Part shown: positions 19,449-32,785 of the stretch, piece by piece | Layout: every line of letters starts with the position of its first letter | How positions within the stretch are numbered: the first letter of the stretch is position 1 | Source: Phycisphaerae bacterium | GTDB taxonomy: Bacteria > Planctomycetota > Phycisphaerae > UBA1845 > Fen-1342 | Length of the DNA: 64,000 bases | Assembly: GCA_050115495.1 (NCBI GenBank) | Contig: JASFQK010000001.1 | Coordinates: 1-64,000 of the forward strand | Reading direction: 5' to 3' | Program-made: the position numbers and the translations under genes | Notes under the pieces: model-generated | Told to the model about the DNA's origin: nothing | Seen by the model: the letters and a program-made list of their open reading frames with translations, nothing else | Database searches by the model: none

Positions 19449-20304
19449 GCGTGCGGGTCGCGGCCGCCGGATTGGCCGGATCGAATCTGACCAGGGCGAG
19501 CTCCGGGCCGTCATGGGCGGCGGAGAAGCAGTGCGTGCGGCCGATGCGCTGTGACCATGCGCCCGTGATCCGGGCCGACTCATGAACGTGGCCGTGCAAG
19601 GTGACGAGCGGCTGCTTTTCCTCGATGAATCGCCTGATGGCGATGCTCCCCACGTGAACGTCTAGTGGCGCGTGGTCGACCTGCCTGCCGTCCAGCGCGG
19701 CGCGGTCCAGCGTGGTCTCATGAGGCGGGGAGTGGAAGAGCAGAATCGCCCGCTCCAGAGACCGATCACCAACCAGCGCATCCAGATCGGCCTTGATCGT
19801 GCCGTACCTGATCCGGTTCTCCGGGACCGGGACGGAGCGGTGACCCTCTTCCGGCGATACGCAGCCGGGATCGGTGAATCGCGATACGTCGTAGCGCTCC
19901 CAGTCCTTCAGCAGAAACGGCGAGGGCGGCACACAGGCGTAGCCGTAGATGTCGTAACCGCTGAACGCCGCCCGGCGGTCGTGGACGTACTGCCACACCC
20001 CCGTCGTCTCGGCGGCGATGACAGCGGCCTCTTCGCGCTGGGCGTCGTCATTACCGAGAATCAGAAACACGCGCGGGTATCCGCCCCCCAGCGTGTCCCG
20101 GAGCCTCTTCAACTCCCGCACGAGAAACCCGTCCACGAAGTCATCGTTGTCGAGATCCGGCGATGCGATGGCCGCAAAGCCCGGGGGCAGCAAGTCCCCG
20201 CCCAGGAACACCGCACTCGGGCGCTGCGTTTCGATGAGCTGGAACAGTGTCTGGTACCGGCTCAACTGGCCGTGCAGATCAGATACGAAGAAGCAATCGG
20301 GCAT
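19441..20304 (-). CDS. Calcineurin-like metallophosphoesterase (Icc-related)
   Basis: SDLHG, GGDL, GNDD, FHSPP, LHGHVHE; start placed at ATG 20304. Confidence 0.88.
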   Translation of the reverse strand: MPDCFFVSDLHGQLSRYQTLFQLIETQRPSAVFLGGDLLPPGFAAIASPDLDNDDFVDGFLVRELKRLRDTLGGGYPRVFLILGNDDAQREEAAVIAAETTGVWQYVHDRRAAFSGYDIYGYACVPPSPFLLKDWERYDVSRFTDPGCVSPEEGHRSVPVPENRIRYGTIKADLDALVGDRSLERAILLFHSPPHETTLDRAALDGRQVDHAPLDVHVGSIAIRRFIEEKQPLVTLHGHVHESARITGAWSQRIGRTHCFSAAHDGPELALVRFDPANPAAATRTLI

Positions 20305-20560
20305 CGCTTGACTCGCGCGCGGTCCGGGGCACTGTGCGCAATCATACCTCGGCCTCCTGTTGCCGCGAAACGAACGAGTGAACCGGCTCCGGATGCCCCG
20401 GGTCAACCGCACTCGGTCGTCACCCGTGCGCGGAGCGCTCCGCGCAACCCGTTGTGAACCGCCGCGAGTTTGGCTGACCAAGTGATGCCCATCGCGGCTG
20501 GCGGCGGGGAAGGATGCGGCTTGCCGCCGCCGGGCCGTTCTTCTGGGGACGCCCCGCCGC

Positions 20561-20953
20561 TTACTCCTCCGCCTCCAGGTAGTGCACACGGAGACACTCC
20601 GGGCACAAACCGTGCGAGAACTCGGCGTCGGTATGGTCCGAGATGTACGCCTCGAGTTGCCGCCACTCTTCCCCGACACGCACGCGCTTGCAGAAGCAGC
20701 AGATGAGCTGGAAGCCTTCGAGATAGCGGAGCCGCCGCAGGGTCCGATAGGTCCAGCACATCGTCGCCGCCGCCAGGACCGCCACCATCACCGATTCGAG
20801 GAGGCTCTCCTGCCAGTTCACCGGCGTCGCGGGCGCGCCGAGCAGTCGATGCGGCAGGTCGAGTAGCTCGTCGGCCCATAGCAGGAGGATGGCGAGGCCG
20901 AAGCCGACGGCTTCGAGTGTGAGGACGAAACGGAGCGAGGCGGTTTTGCTCAT
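20561..20953 (-). CDS. Small two-TM membrane protein with C-terminal Cys/His metal-binding motif
   Basis: Two hydrophobic segments, then ICCFCKRVR...W...EAYI...FSHGLCPEC. Confidence 0.8.
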   Translation of the reverse strand: MSKTASLRFVLTLEAVGFGLAILLLWADELLDLPHRLLGAPATPVNWQESLLESVMVAVLAAATMCWTYRTLRRLRYLEGFQLICCFCKRVRVGEEWRQLEAYISDHTDAEFSHGLCPECLRVHYLEAEE

Positions 20954-21257
20954 TGTCGGGTGCCTCCCGGAGCCGGAGTGCCGGCAACAGGAACGAACCG
21001 GCCGCCGAGCGCCCGTCCTCACCCGGCGTACGCCGCAACCGAGTCTATCGCCGCCCCTCCCCCCCGACCAGAGCGCCCCAACTCCGCCCGGAACACACGT
21101 GCGACCGAACATTGTGACGGCCGTGCCGCAGCCGCCGATCCGCCCCGTCGGCCGTCCCTTCGCGATCATGGCGCACGCCCGCTGGCAAGCCCCCAATGGC
21201 CCCACACATCGACACATCCGCGTTGCCACGGGTCGGCCGGCCGGCTAACATGCCATC

Positions 21258-24248
21258 GTGTCATCCGGGGTAGACATTCTCCTGATTACCGCGGCGGAAG
21301 GTGAAGACGACGCCGTGCGCGAAGTCGACGCCGGCGGCCTGGGCCAGTGGACCGAGACGCCCGGGCCGGACGGATACGGCTTCAAGATCTGGGTGCGCGA
21401 CTACCGAACGGCGACCGGCCGGCCGCTGCGCATCGCCCTGACGCGGGCCTTCCAAATGGGAGCAGCGGCGTCGGGAAATGCCGCCGGCCGACTCACCGAC
21501 TTCTTCAAGCCGCAGTGCCTGGCGATGTGTGGCGTCTGCGCGGGCCGGCCCGGGTGGACGAACCTGGGCGACGTCATCGTCGCCGATCGGGTGTGGTCCT
21601 ACGACGCCGGCGAGTTGGTCAGGGCCAAGCCCGGCGCGAAGCCGGTGTTTCACTCGGACACGTTTCAGCATCCACTCCGTCTCCAGTGGACGCAGGCCGC
21701 CCAGAGCTTCGTGCCGCCAACGCGCGACAGGCTCCTCCGGCGGCGGCCCAGGTCGCGGGAGCTACAGACACTGTGGCTGTTGAAACAGCTCCTCGACGGA
21801 AAGAACCCAGGTACCCACACCAGCCGCGCAACGATGTGCGCCAACTGGGGCGAAATCATCGCCGAACTCGAGACGCAGAGTCACATCAAGCGGACGGCGG
21901 GGCAACTCGAGCTCACTGAGGCAGGTCGCGAGTTCATCCAGAACGAACTTGCCAAGAATCGTGGCCGGCTCCCCAGGCGGCCTCCCTGGAAGATCCACGT
22001 CGGTCCGCTGGGCACGGGGACCCGCCTCATCCGCGATGTGGACATCTGGTCGTTCCTCGAAGACCAGCAGCGCCTCGTCCGCGGCTTCGACATGGAAGCA
22101 TCGGTCATCGGCATGACCGCGCTACTCCAGGACGTCCCGCGCATGATCGTCGTCAAGGGCGTCATGGACTACGGCCTGCCGGACCGCCACCGCGGCTTCC
22201 GCCCGTTCGCCGCCCGCGCAGCGGCGGAGGTGCTGATCGCCTTCCTGCGGGAGCACCTCGAACCGCGCAAGGGGCCGGAGATCCTGAAGGCGCACACGCG
22301 GCCATTGCCGGCGACTCCGAGCCCGGCGACGCTGCTCAACGCCACATACGAAGCCGTGTCGTTCAACCGAGATGCCTGCGTGGCGTTGTGGAACGACCTC
22401 GACGCCTGGTGCACAGCGCCAGACGCCATCAGTGTGCGGCTCGTCGTCGGGCCGGGCGGCAGCGGCAAGACACGCTTGTTCATCGAGTTCGCCCACAAGT
22501 TGTGCGAGAAGGGGTGGCAGGCCGGCTTCTGGCCGGAGGGGGCACCGCTGGAGGACCTCGAAACGGTTCTCGCTTCGCCCAATCCGACGCTCATCGTGAT
22601 CGACTACGCGGAGGCGCGGCCGGAGCTGGCCAAGCCGCTGAAGGTCATTGCCGAGCGGGGCGACGGGTCGACGCTGCGCGTGGTGCTGCTGGCCCGCGAA
22701 GTGGCGGATTGGTGGCATTCGCTGCGCCAGCGAGACGCTGCGGTCGAAGATCTGCTCATGCGCCACAGCCCAACGGCCGTGGCGGCCGTTCCGGTGGAAG
22801 GCCCGCTCCGACAGCAGCTCTTCGAGCAGGCCCGGGCGCGTTTCTCCAAGCTGCGCGGGCAGCAACAGCCGCTCACACCGGTCGATCTGACCGACGAACG
22901 CTTCGGCCGTGTGCTGTACCTGCAAATGGCCGCACTGGCCGTGGTGGATGGCCTCGAGCCGGCGGCCGACAAGCTGCTCGACGGGATCGTGATGCACGAA
23001 CAGCACTTCTGGGGGCATCGCTTCGCGGCGGCGAACGATGGCGACGACATCGCGCAGGCCGAGTTTCGGGAAGCCGGCGCCCGCTGTGTGGCGGCACTGA
23101 CGCTGAGAGGCGGAGCGGCCACGCCAGACGAAGCGGAGGCGATCAACCGCTCGGCGAAAGGACCGTCCCAGAAGGGCTGGGTACGGTTCCTCGAAAGCCT
23201 GTATCCGGGCCGGCCGGATGACAGGGGCACGGCCCGGTATATCGCCGGACTCGAACCCGACCTGCTCGGCGAGGAACTGGTCGCCCGCGTACTGGCGGAT
23301 GTGCACACCCCGCCGACATACCTGGCTGACGTCTGCGCGGACAGCAAGCCGCCGGCATTGCACCAGGCTTTCGTTGTGCTGGGGCGTCTCTCTCTGCGCG
23401 ACGAACGGGCGCTCGGCTGGATGGAGCGGCTGCTGACCGAAGATGTCAACGCCCGCGCTCCGGCGGCGTTCCTGGCGGCGATGACACTGGGCCGGTTGAG
23501 CGCCTACGCCGGACTCGGCCGGATCCTGGCGGAGCAACTCGAACACAGCGGGACAGCAGAAGTAGCCGGTTTCATCGAGGGCCTGGCCCCCGAGCAGACC
23601 GTTTCCCTGCGTGAGGTCTGTGCCTGGGCCACACGCCGGCTGCTGGACGCACTACCTGCCGATAGCACGGACGAGGCGAACCTCAAAGAGCGTGCCGGGC
23701 TGCTCAATAATCTGGGCAACAGGTTGAGCGACCTGGGTTGTCGTGAGGAAGCGTTGGCGGCGTCGCAGGAGGCGGTGGACATTCGGCGCAGGCTGGCGGC
23801 GACGCGCCCGGACGCCTTCCTGCCGTATCTGGCGACGAGTCTGAACAACCTGGGCAACAGGTTGCGCGAACTGGGTCGCCGCGAGGAAGCGCTGGCGGCG
23901 ACGCAGGAGGCCGCTGAACACTATCGCAAGCTGGCCGCGACGCGACCCGACGCCTTCCGGCCGGATCTGGCCATGAGCCTGAACAACCTGGGCAACAGCT
24001 TGAGCGAACTGGGTCAGCGTGAGGAAGCGTTGGCGGTGGCGCGCGAGGCGGTGCAGTTGTACCTGCCCATCGCCGCAGCCGTGCCCGCCCGGTACTTGCG
24101 GGAATGCGCTATCGCCGCCCGCAGTCTCCTGAAGCGCTGCGAAGAGAGCGGGCTCGATCCGGATGCCGAGCCGCTTCTGGCCGAAGCGGCGGCGCTGATC
24201 GCGCGATTCATGCCGACGGAGGGGGCCGGAGCAGACGCTGTCGAGTAA
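21258..24248 (+). CDS. PNP/MTA-SAH nucleosidase-like + P-loop (STAND-like) NTPase + TPR protein
   Basis: CGVCAG...LGDVIVAD, FDMEAS, VKGVMDY; Walker A GPGGSGKT, Walker B LIVIDYAE; C-terminal LNNLGNRL..LG.REEAL repeats. Confidence 0.85.
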   Translation: MSSGVDILLITAAEGEDDAVREVDAGGLGQWTETPGPDGYGFKIWVRDYRTATGRPLRIALTRAFQMGAAASGNAAGRLTDFFKPQCLAMCGVCAGRPGWTNLGDVIVADRVWSYDAGELVRAKPGAKPVFHSDTFQHPLRLQWTQAAQSFVPPTRDRLLRRRPRSRELQTLWLLKQLLDGKNPGTHTSRATMCANWGEIIAELETQSHIKRTAGQLELTEAGREFIQNELAKNRGRLPRRPPWKIHVGPLGTGTRLIRDVDIWSFLEDQQRLVRGFDMEASVIGMTALLQDVPRMIVVKGVMDYGLPDRHRGFRPFAARAAAEVLIAFLREHLEPRKGPEILKAHTRPLPATPSPATLLNATYEAVSFNRDACVALWNDLDAWCTAPDAISVRLVVGPGGSGKTRLFIEFAHKLCEKGWQAGFWPEGAPLEDLETVLASPNPTLIVIDYAEARPELAKPLKVIAERGDGSTLRVVLLAREVADWWHSLRQRDAAVEDLLMRHSPTAVAAVPVEGPLRQQLFEQARARFSKLRGQQQPLTPVDLTDERFGRVLYLQMAALAVVDGLEPAADKLLDGIVMHEQHFWGHRFAAANDGDDIAQAEFREAGARCVAALTLRGGAATPDEAEAINRSAKGPSQKGWVRFLESLYPGRPDDRGTARYIAGLEPDLLGEELVARVLADVHTPPTYLADVCADSKPPALHQAFVVLGRLSLRDERALGWMERLLTEDVNARAPAAFLAAMTLGRLSAYAGLGRILAEQLEHSGTAEVAGFIEGLAPEQTVSLREVCAWATRRLLDALPADSTDEANLKERAGLLNNLGNRLSDLGCREEALAASQEAVDIRRRLAATRPDAFLPYLATSLNNLGNRLRELGRREEALAATQEAAEHYRKLAATRPDAFRPDLAMSLNNLGNSLSELGQREEALAVAREAVQLYLPIAAAVPARYLRECAIAARSLLKRCEESGLDPDAEPLLAEAAALIARFMPTEGAGADAVE
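23690..24070 (+). repeat. Intragenic 138-nt (46-aa) TPR repeats, about 3 copies
   Basis: aa(t/c)aa(t/c)ctgggcaac at 23706, 23844 and 23982. Confidence 0.85.
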
Positions 24249-24397
24249 CCGCATTCCTTCGACAACTCGACACGCCAAGCGCCGCCGCCTCGTTGAACCC
24301 GCCCACCGCCTTTTCCACTCGGACCCCCACCGTTAAGATCCGCGCCGCCGGCGGGTGTTTGCCGGCGCGTGTGGCGGATCGCGATCGGAGACCGTGC

Positions 24398-25102
24398 TTG
24401 CCCGAACACCCTGACAGCTCAGCAGATACAACGACCCCCGTCCGCAACGAGCGGCCCGGCGGCAGTCTCGAATCGCCCGCCAACGGCGTCAGCAAGCTGC
24501 GGCCGCCCTGGATCCCCATCGCCGCCGCCTGCGGACTAGCCCTGCTCGCCCTCTTCTTCGATCAGCGCATTACCGACTACCTCACCGACGAGCACGTCCG
24601 CCAGCGCATCATTCAGATATTCTGGATTCCCGTCGCCCTGTTCTTCTACATCTTCATGCTCGCCGTGCTGGCGTCGTTCCCCAACCGCTGGCGGCTGTCC
24701 GAAGGGTTCCTGGCGGCGGTGCTGCTGTCGGCCCTGCTGACGCACCTGCTCAAATGGGCGGTCGGCCGGGCCCGGCCGCAGACCGACGTCGGCTCGTTCT
24801 GCTTCCGCCCGTTCCGCTGGATCGAAGACGTGGGCGGCTTCACCTGGGGTGGTGACTTCGCCTCGTTCCCCTCCGGCCACAGCAGCGCCGCGGCGACACT
24901 GGCCGTACTGCTGGGCATCTATTTCCCCCGCGCCCGCTGGGTGTTCTACTTCTTCGCCGGCATCATCGGGCTCGAACGGCTGATCAACGACAAGCACTAC
25001 CTCTCAGACGTGCTGGCCGGCTTCGCGCTGGGAGCGCTATCGGTCTACTTCTGCGTCCGCGTGCTCGGCCCGCACTACTACCAGCGCGAACTGCCGCACT
25101 GA
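24398..25102 (+). CDS. PAP2-family membrane phosphatase
   Basis: KWAVGRARP, SFPSGH, ERLINDKHYLSDVLAG; TTG start inferred from SD CGGAG. Confidence 0.88.
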   Translation: MPEHPDSSADTTTPVRNERPGGSLESPANGVSKLRPPWIPIAAACGLALLALFFDQRITDYLTDEHVRQRIIQIFWIPVALFFYIFMLAVLASFPNRWRLSEGFLAAVLLSALLTHLLKWAVGRARPQTDVGSFCFRPFRWIEDVGGFTWGGDFASFPSGHSSAAATLAVLLGIYFPRARWVFYFFAGIIGLERLINDKHYLSDVLAGFALGALSVYFCVRVLGPHYYQRELPH

Positions 25103-25129
25103 CACCGGCGAGCGCAGCCGGCCCAACAC

Positions 25130-25465
25130 TCACGCCGCCTCGGGCTCCACCCGCACCGCCGTCCCGAAGACGAGAATCTCGGCCAGGCCGGCGGCGATCA
25201 TGGACGTCGTCATGCGCACGCTGAGGATGGCGTTGGCCCCCAGGCTGCGGGCCTCGTCGACCATCTGGTCGAGCGACTGCTCGCGCGACTCGGCCATCAG
25301 CTTGCGATACTCCGGCACCTCGCCGCCGACGATGTTCCGGCACAGCGCGACGATGTCGCGGCCGACGCTGCGGGCCCGCACCGTGTTCCCCCGCACCAGC
25401 CCCAGCACCTCCACCACCCGGTAGCCCGGCAGATTCGGCGTGGTTACGACCAGCATCTCGCTCAT
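25130..25465 (-). CDS. YbjQ/UPF0145 family protein
   Basis: TTPNLPGYRVVEVLGLVRG, NIVGGEVPEY, GANAI, FGTAV. Confidence 0.9.
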   Translation of the reverse strand: MSEMLVVTTPNLPGYRVVEVLGLVRGNTVRARSVGRDIVALCRNIVGGEVPEYRKLMAESREQSLDQMVDEARSLGANAILSVRMTTSMIAAGLAEILVFGTAVRVEPEAA

Positions 25466-25899
25466 CTCTCGATGTCCTTGTACTTGTCCTGGCGACGAGC
25501 CGCCAGACGCTCCCACAACACCGTCACCAGCAGCAGCGCCCCGCCGCCGAGCATCGTCAGCACGCCGACTCGCTCCAGCAGGGCGACCGACGGGTCACGC
25601 GAGAATTCGTACAGCCCGAAGCCGACCAGGACGGCGGCGGCGCCGACGATCAGCAGCCAGCTCAGCCCCCGGGTCGCCTTGAACGTTGCCCCGGCCATAA
25701 CGGACCTCCATTCATCCTCGCGGGGCTGGGGATACGCCAGCCCGCGCACCTGTTCCCGCAGCCGCCGCAAATCGGCCAGCTTCTCCTGCCACTCCGGCCG
25801 GCGGCGCAGGAGAACCTCCACCTTCTGGCTCTCCTGCTGCGTAAGTTCGCCGTCGAGGTAGGCGGACAGCTTCTCTTCGTTGAGGTCGAGCTCACTCAT
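25462..25899 (-). CDS. Putative membrane anti-sigma factor
   Basis: LSAYLDGEL N-terminus, two TM helices, directly downstream of the ECF sigma gene. Confidence 0.8.
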   Translation of the reverse strand: MSELDLNEEKLSAYLDGELTQQESQKVEVLLRRRPEWQEKLADLRRLREQVRGLAYPQPREDEWRSVMAGATFKATRGLSWLLIVGAAAVLVGFGLYEFSRDPSVALLERVGVLTMLGGGALLLVTVLWERLAARRQDKYKDIER

Positions 25900-25903
25900 C
25901 GGC

Positions 25904-26413
25904 TCACCTGTCATCCCGCAGCCGGTCGCGCAGGGCCAACCGGGCACGATGCAGACGCGACATCACCGTGCCCATCGGGATACGGAACACTTCGGCCACT
26001 TCCGCGTAGGACAGGTCGTGATAATCCCGCAGGAGCAGGATCTCCCGCATCTCCTCGGGCAATTCGTCGAGCGCCTGCCGCAAGTCGACCAGCGCCTCGC
26101 GCGTTTCCGCGTGCGCCGGCGGGTCGGCAACGTCGCGGGCGGGCGGGTCATAATCGAGCGGGGCCGCGGCCCGCGCCCGCCGACGGCGCAACACATCGAC
26201 GCATTTGTTCCGCAGCGTCCGGTAAAACCAGCCACGCGGATCGCGACCGGCCTGCAATCGTCGGCGGCCCGCCCAGACGGCGGCGAGGGCGGACTGGACC
26301 GCGTCAAGCGCGTCGTCGTGGTTACGCAGCATTTGCCACGCATACGCAAAACCACGGCGTCCGACAGCGTCGAGCACGGCCACCAACTCCTCGTCCGCCG
26401 GCCCTGCCACCAT
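25904..26413 (-). CDS. ECF RNA polymerase sigma factor
   Basis: DALDAVQ, WFYRTLRN..VD..RR, LPEEMREILLLR...LSYAEVAE...GTVMSRLHRAR. Confidence 0.92.
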   Translation of the reverse strand: MVAGPADEELVAVLDAVGRRGFAYAWQMLRNHDDALDAVQSALAAVWAGRRRLQAGRDPRGWFYRTLRNKCVDVLRRRRARAAAPLDYDPPARDVADPPAHAETREALVDLRQALDELPEEMREILLLRDYHDLSYAEVAEVFRIPMGTVMSRLHRARLALRDRLRDDR

Positions 26414-26639
26414 ATTCGTCAACACCTCAACCGCGGGACCTGCCCCGCGTGCCAACCCCCATTACGCCGAACGGGCGCCATTATTCCACGAATCCCGCCC
26501 GCCGGCGCGGGAGACCGGACGCCCGTTTTGGGCGGTATCCCGGGAACCGCTCCCCCGTCGGCGGCGACTAAGGGGGTACTGCGGCGGCCGGTCGCCGCCA
26601 ATCCGTCAGAACCCGCGACCCAGACTCGGAGGTACAGCC

Positions 26640-27827
26640 ATGCTCCGGCGTCACTGCCTGATGACCCGCCTGTTACTCGTCCTCGCGGCCATGGCCGCGG
26701 CCGGCCCCGCTTCCGCCGGCATCAAGCTCATCACTCTGCCGCCACGCGAACGCGTCGAGATTCAACTCGACAACCCAGTCGTCACGCTCGTCGAGGAGGA
26801 GCGGCTCGTGCCGCTCGCCGCCGGCGTGAACGAGGTTGTCTTCGCCTGGGCCAACACGGCCATCGATAAGGGCAGCATCCAGTTCCGCTGCCTGACCGAC
26901 CCCGAGCGCATCAAGGTCCTCTCCGTCTCCTATCCGCCGAACGAGAACGCCCTCACCTGGCAAGTCAGTGCGCCCGAGGCCGGTCCGGCCCGCGTGCGCA
27001 TCAGCTACGTCATCGGCCAGCTCAACAAGTCGTTCAACTACCGCGCCACCGCCGCCAACGACGAAAAGACCCTCACGCTCTGGCAGTACATCCAACTGCA
27101 CAACCAGGCCAACGAGGAGTTCGGCGTCGCCGGCATGTGGGCCGGATTCGGCGAGCGTTTCGAACGCCCCATCGGCATCAACGAAACCAAGCGGCTCCTG
27201 TCGGCGAAGTTCGTCAACGTGCCCGTCCAGAAGACCTACACCGCCGACCTGTCGCTGTTCGGCTATCTCGACGCCGGCAAGCGGCAGCTTCGCGTCCCGA
27301 TGCACTACGTCCTGAAGAACGACCGGGCCCACGGCCTCGGCGAATTCGCCCTGATGCCCGGCAAGGTTCGCATCTTCCAGGATGACGGCCGCGGCACGAC
27401 CGCGTTCATCGGCGAAGACTGGGGCGGCTTCACCCCGCGCGACGACGAAATGAAGCTCTATCTCGGCGTCGCCCAGGACATCGTGCCCAAGCGCACGATC
27501 GACCGCCGCGAGTCCATCCGCATCCTCGGCAACCTGCACGACTACGACATCGTCGTGAAATACGAGATCGAGAACTTCAAGGATCAGGCCGTCGTCCTCG
27601 ACATCGCCGAGTCGCTGCGCGACCTCCGCCAGGAGATCGGGCGCGGCAGCGACCGCCCGGTGGAGTGGGAACTCGTCCCCGACTGTACGCTCGCCGAGTT
27701 GATCGACGCCGAGAAGACGACGGAAGACAAGGTGGTCTTCCACGTGCCGCTGCCACCGCGCGGCGCGGACCAGAAGGCCCCAGTGCAGGTGCACACGCTG
27801 CACGTGCGGATCAAGAACGAGTGGTAA
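26640..27827 (+). CDS. Secreted DUF4139-like protein
   Basis: Signal peptide; TLVEEERLVPL..GVN, LMPGKVRIFQDDG..FIGED, KLYLG, YEIENFK. Confidence 0.7.
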   Translation: MLRRHCLMTRLLLVLAAMAAAGPASAGIKLITLPPRERVEIQLDNPVVTLVEEERLVPLAAGVNEVVFAWANTAIDKGSIQFRCLTDPERIKVLSVSYPPNENALTWQVSAPEAGPARVRISYVIGQLNKSFNYRATAANDEKTLTLWQYIQLHNQANEEFGVAGMWAGFGERFERPIGINETKRLLSAKFVNVPVQKTYTADLSLFGYLDAGKRQLRVPMHYVLKNDRAHGLGEFALMPGKVRIFQDDGRGTTAFIGEDWGGFTPRDDEMKLYLGVAQDIVPKRTIDRRESIRILGNLHDYDIVVKYEIENFKDQAVVLDIAESLRDLRQEIGRGSDRPVEWELVPDCTLAELIDAEKTTEDKVVFHVPLPPRGADQKAPVQVHTLHVRIKNEW

Positions 27828-27841
27828 CGAGGAGACCGGCC

Positions 27842-29242
27842 ATGAAACGCCCGACGATATTCGCCCTGGCGCTGCTGATCGCCGCGACCGCGGCGGCCAC
27901 CGCCCGCAACGTCGACCTGTCCACGATCCCGCCGCGCGACAGCGTGCAGCTCACCATCTACAACAGTGAGGACCTGACGCTCGTCCGCGAGACGCGGCAC
28001 ATCACCTTCAAGAAAGGCGTGAACCCGCTCCAGTTCTCCTGGGCCAACACGCTGATCGACCCGACGAGCGTCGAGCTGCGCTTCCGCACGCACGCCGACG
28101 AGCTCGACCTGCTCGATACGACCTTCCCCCACGACAAGCCGCAGATGCTCTACTGGAACGTCCGCAGCGAACTCGACGGCGACGCCGTCGTCGAGATCAC
28201 CTATTTCACCAGTGGCATCACCTGGTCGGCAGATTACGTGTGCACCACCGACCCCGCCGAAACCGAAATGCTCTTCGAGGGCTTCGTCCAGATCACCAAC
28301 AACTCCGGCGAGGACTACGCCGACGCCCAGGTCCGCCTGGTGGTCGGCACGATCAACCTCGTCGAGAAGGTGGCCGACCTCGCCCGCCGCGGCGTCATCA
28401 GCGCCGATGATTATGCGCAGTTCAGAGATGCGGGCGTCCGCGAGCGGGGACGCCTGGGCGTGACCCGCATGGCCGTGGCCGCCTGCATGGACAAGGCCGA
28501 GGAGGAACGGTCCAAGGAGATCATCAAGGAAGGCCTCTCCGAGTACTTCATCTACACCATCGAAGGCACCGAGACCATTCCGCACATGTGGTCCAAGCGC
28601 ATGCGCTCGTTCCAGGGCCTGGCCGTCCCCTTCCGCATCGAGTACCGCTACCGCCCCGCCGAGTACGGCGATCAGCTCGTCCGCCTCTTCCTGCTCCGCA
28701 ACGATGAGGCCAGCGGCCTCGGCACGACGCCCCTGCCGGACGGCATCGTCCGCCTGTACCGTGACAACAGCCGCGACGGGCTCTCCATCCTGACGTGGCA
28801 GTCCATCCAGTACGTCCCGATCGGGCAGGAAATCGTCCTGAACCTCGGGCCGGACCCCGAGGTCATCCACGAGCGTATCCGCCTGCGAAGCTGGCGCGAC
28901 AATTTCTGGTTCCACCGCTCCGGCGCCAGCGTGCACTACAGCCCCACCGAAGGACACCGTATCGAGATCAACGACACCGTCGAGGGCTGGCACGACAACG
29001 AGCAGTGGATCGAACGCATCCGCAACTACCGCGCCAAGCCGATCGACGTCGAGATCCGCCGGACGTTCCCCGGCCACGTGATCTTCCGCAGCCAACTCGA
29101 TCCGAAGCTTTACGACTGCCAGAGTCCGCAATTCCGCTTCACGGTGGACGCCGGGGAGAAGCTCGACGCCGAGTACCTGCTCATCACGCGGCAGGGCTAC
29201 ACCGCCAAGCAGCAGAACGTGACGCTCGAACCGGGCCAATAG
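27842..29242 (+). CDS. Secreted DUF4139-like protein
   Basis: Signal peptide; VQLTIYNSEDLTLVRETR, IDPTSV, GITWSADY, NNSGEDY, GLGTTPLPDGIVRLY. Confidence 0.75.
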   Translation: MKRPTIFALALLIAATAAATARNVDLSTIPPRDSVQLTIYNSEDLTLVRETRHITFKKGVNPLQFSWANTLIDPTSVELRFRTHADELDLLDTTFPHDKPQMLYWNVRSELDGDAVVEITYFTSGITWSADYVCTTDPAETEMLFEGFVQITNNSGEDYADAQVRLVVGTINLVEKVADLARRGVISADDYAQFRDAGVRERGRLGVTRMAVAACMDKAEEERSKEIIKEGLSEYFIYTIEGTETIPHMWSKRMRSFQGLAVPFRIEYRYRPAEYGDQLVRLFLLRNDEASGLGTTPLPDGIVRLYRDNSRDGLSILTWQSIQYVPIGQEIVLNLGPDPEVIHERIRLRSWRDNFWFHRSGASVHYSPTEGHRIEINDTVEGWHDNEQWIERIRNYRAKPIDVEIRRTFPGHVIFRSQLDPKLYDCQSPQFRFTVDAGEKLDAEYLLITRQGYTAKQQNVTLEPGQ

Positions 29243-29361
29243 CTCGGCAAGCGGTTGTTCCACAGGACTTTGCAGCCACCCCGCCGGGCCACCGACGCCG
29301 CGACGGGGTGGTTTCGTCTCACAACAACCCCAGGTCGCGGGGGGCGTTTGCCGCCGATAGA

Positions 29362-32624
<3,263 letters not shown>

Positions 32625-32628
<4 letters not shown>

Positions 32629-32741
32629 CGTGCGACCTCCGCGCCGGACGTCTTCCGTAGCGTCGGCCCCCCGTGGCCGACGTCGAACCCCAACAACCCC
32701 TCGTCATCGCCCCGTAGCGTCCGACCTCCGTGTCGGACGTC
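32625..32741. repeat. Cluster of 3 GTAG-type REP-like palindromes
   Basis: GTAACGTGCGACCTCCGCGCCGGACG (32625), GTAGCGTCGGCCCCCCGTGGCCGACG (32657), GTAGCGTCCGACCTCCGTGTCGGACG (32714). Confidence 0.8.
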
Positions 32742-32785
32742 GACCACCAAGAACGCCCCGCCCGCGCGCACACTGCCCGCCGGCA

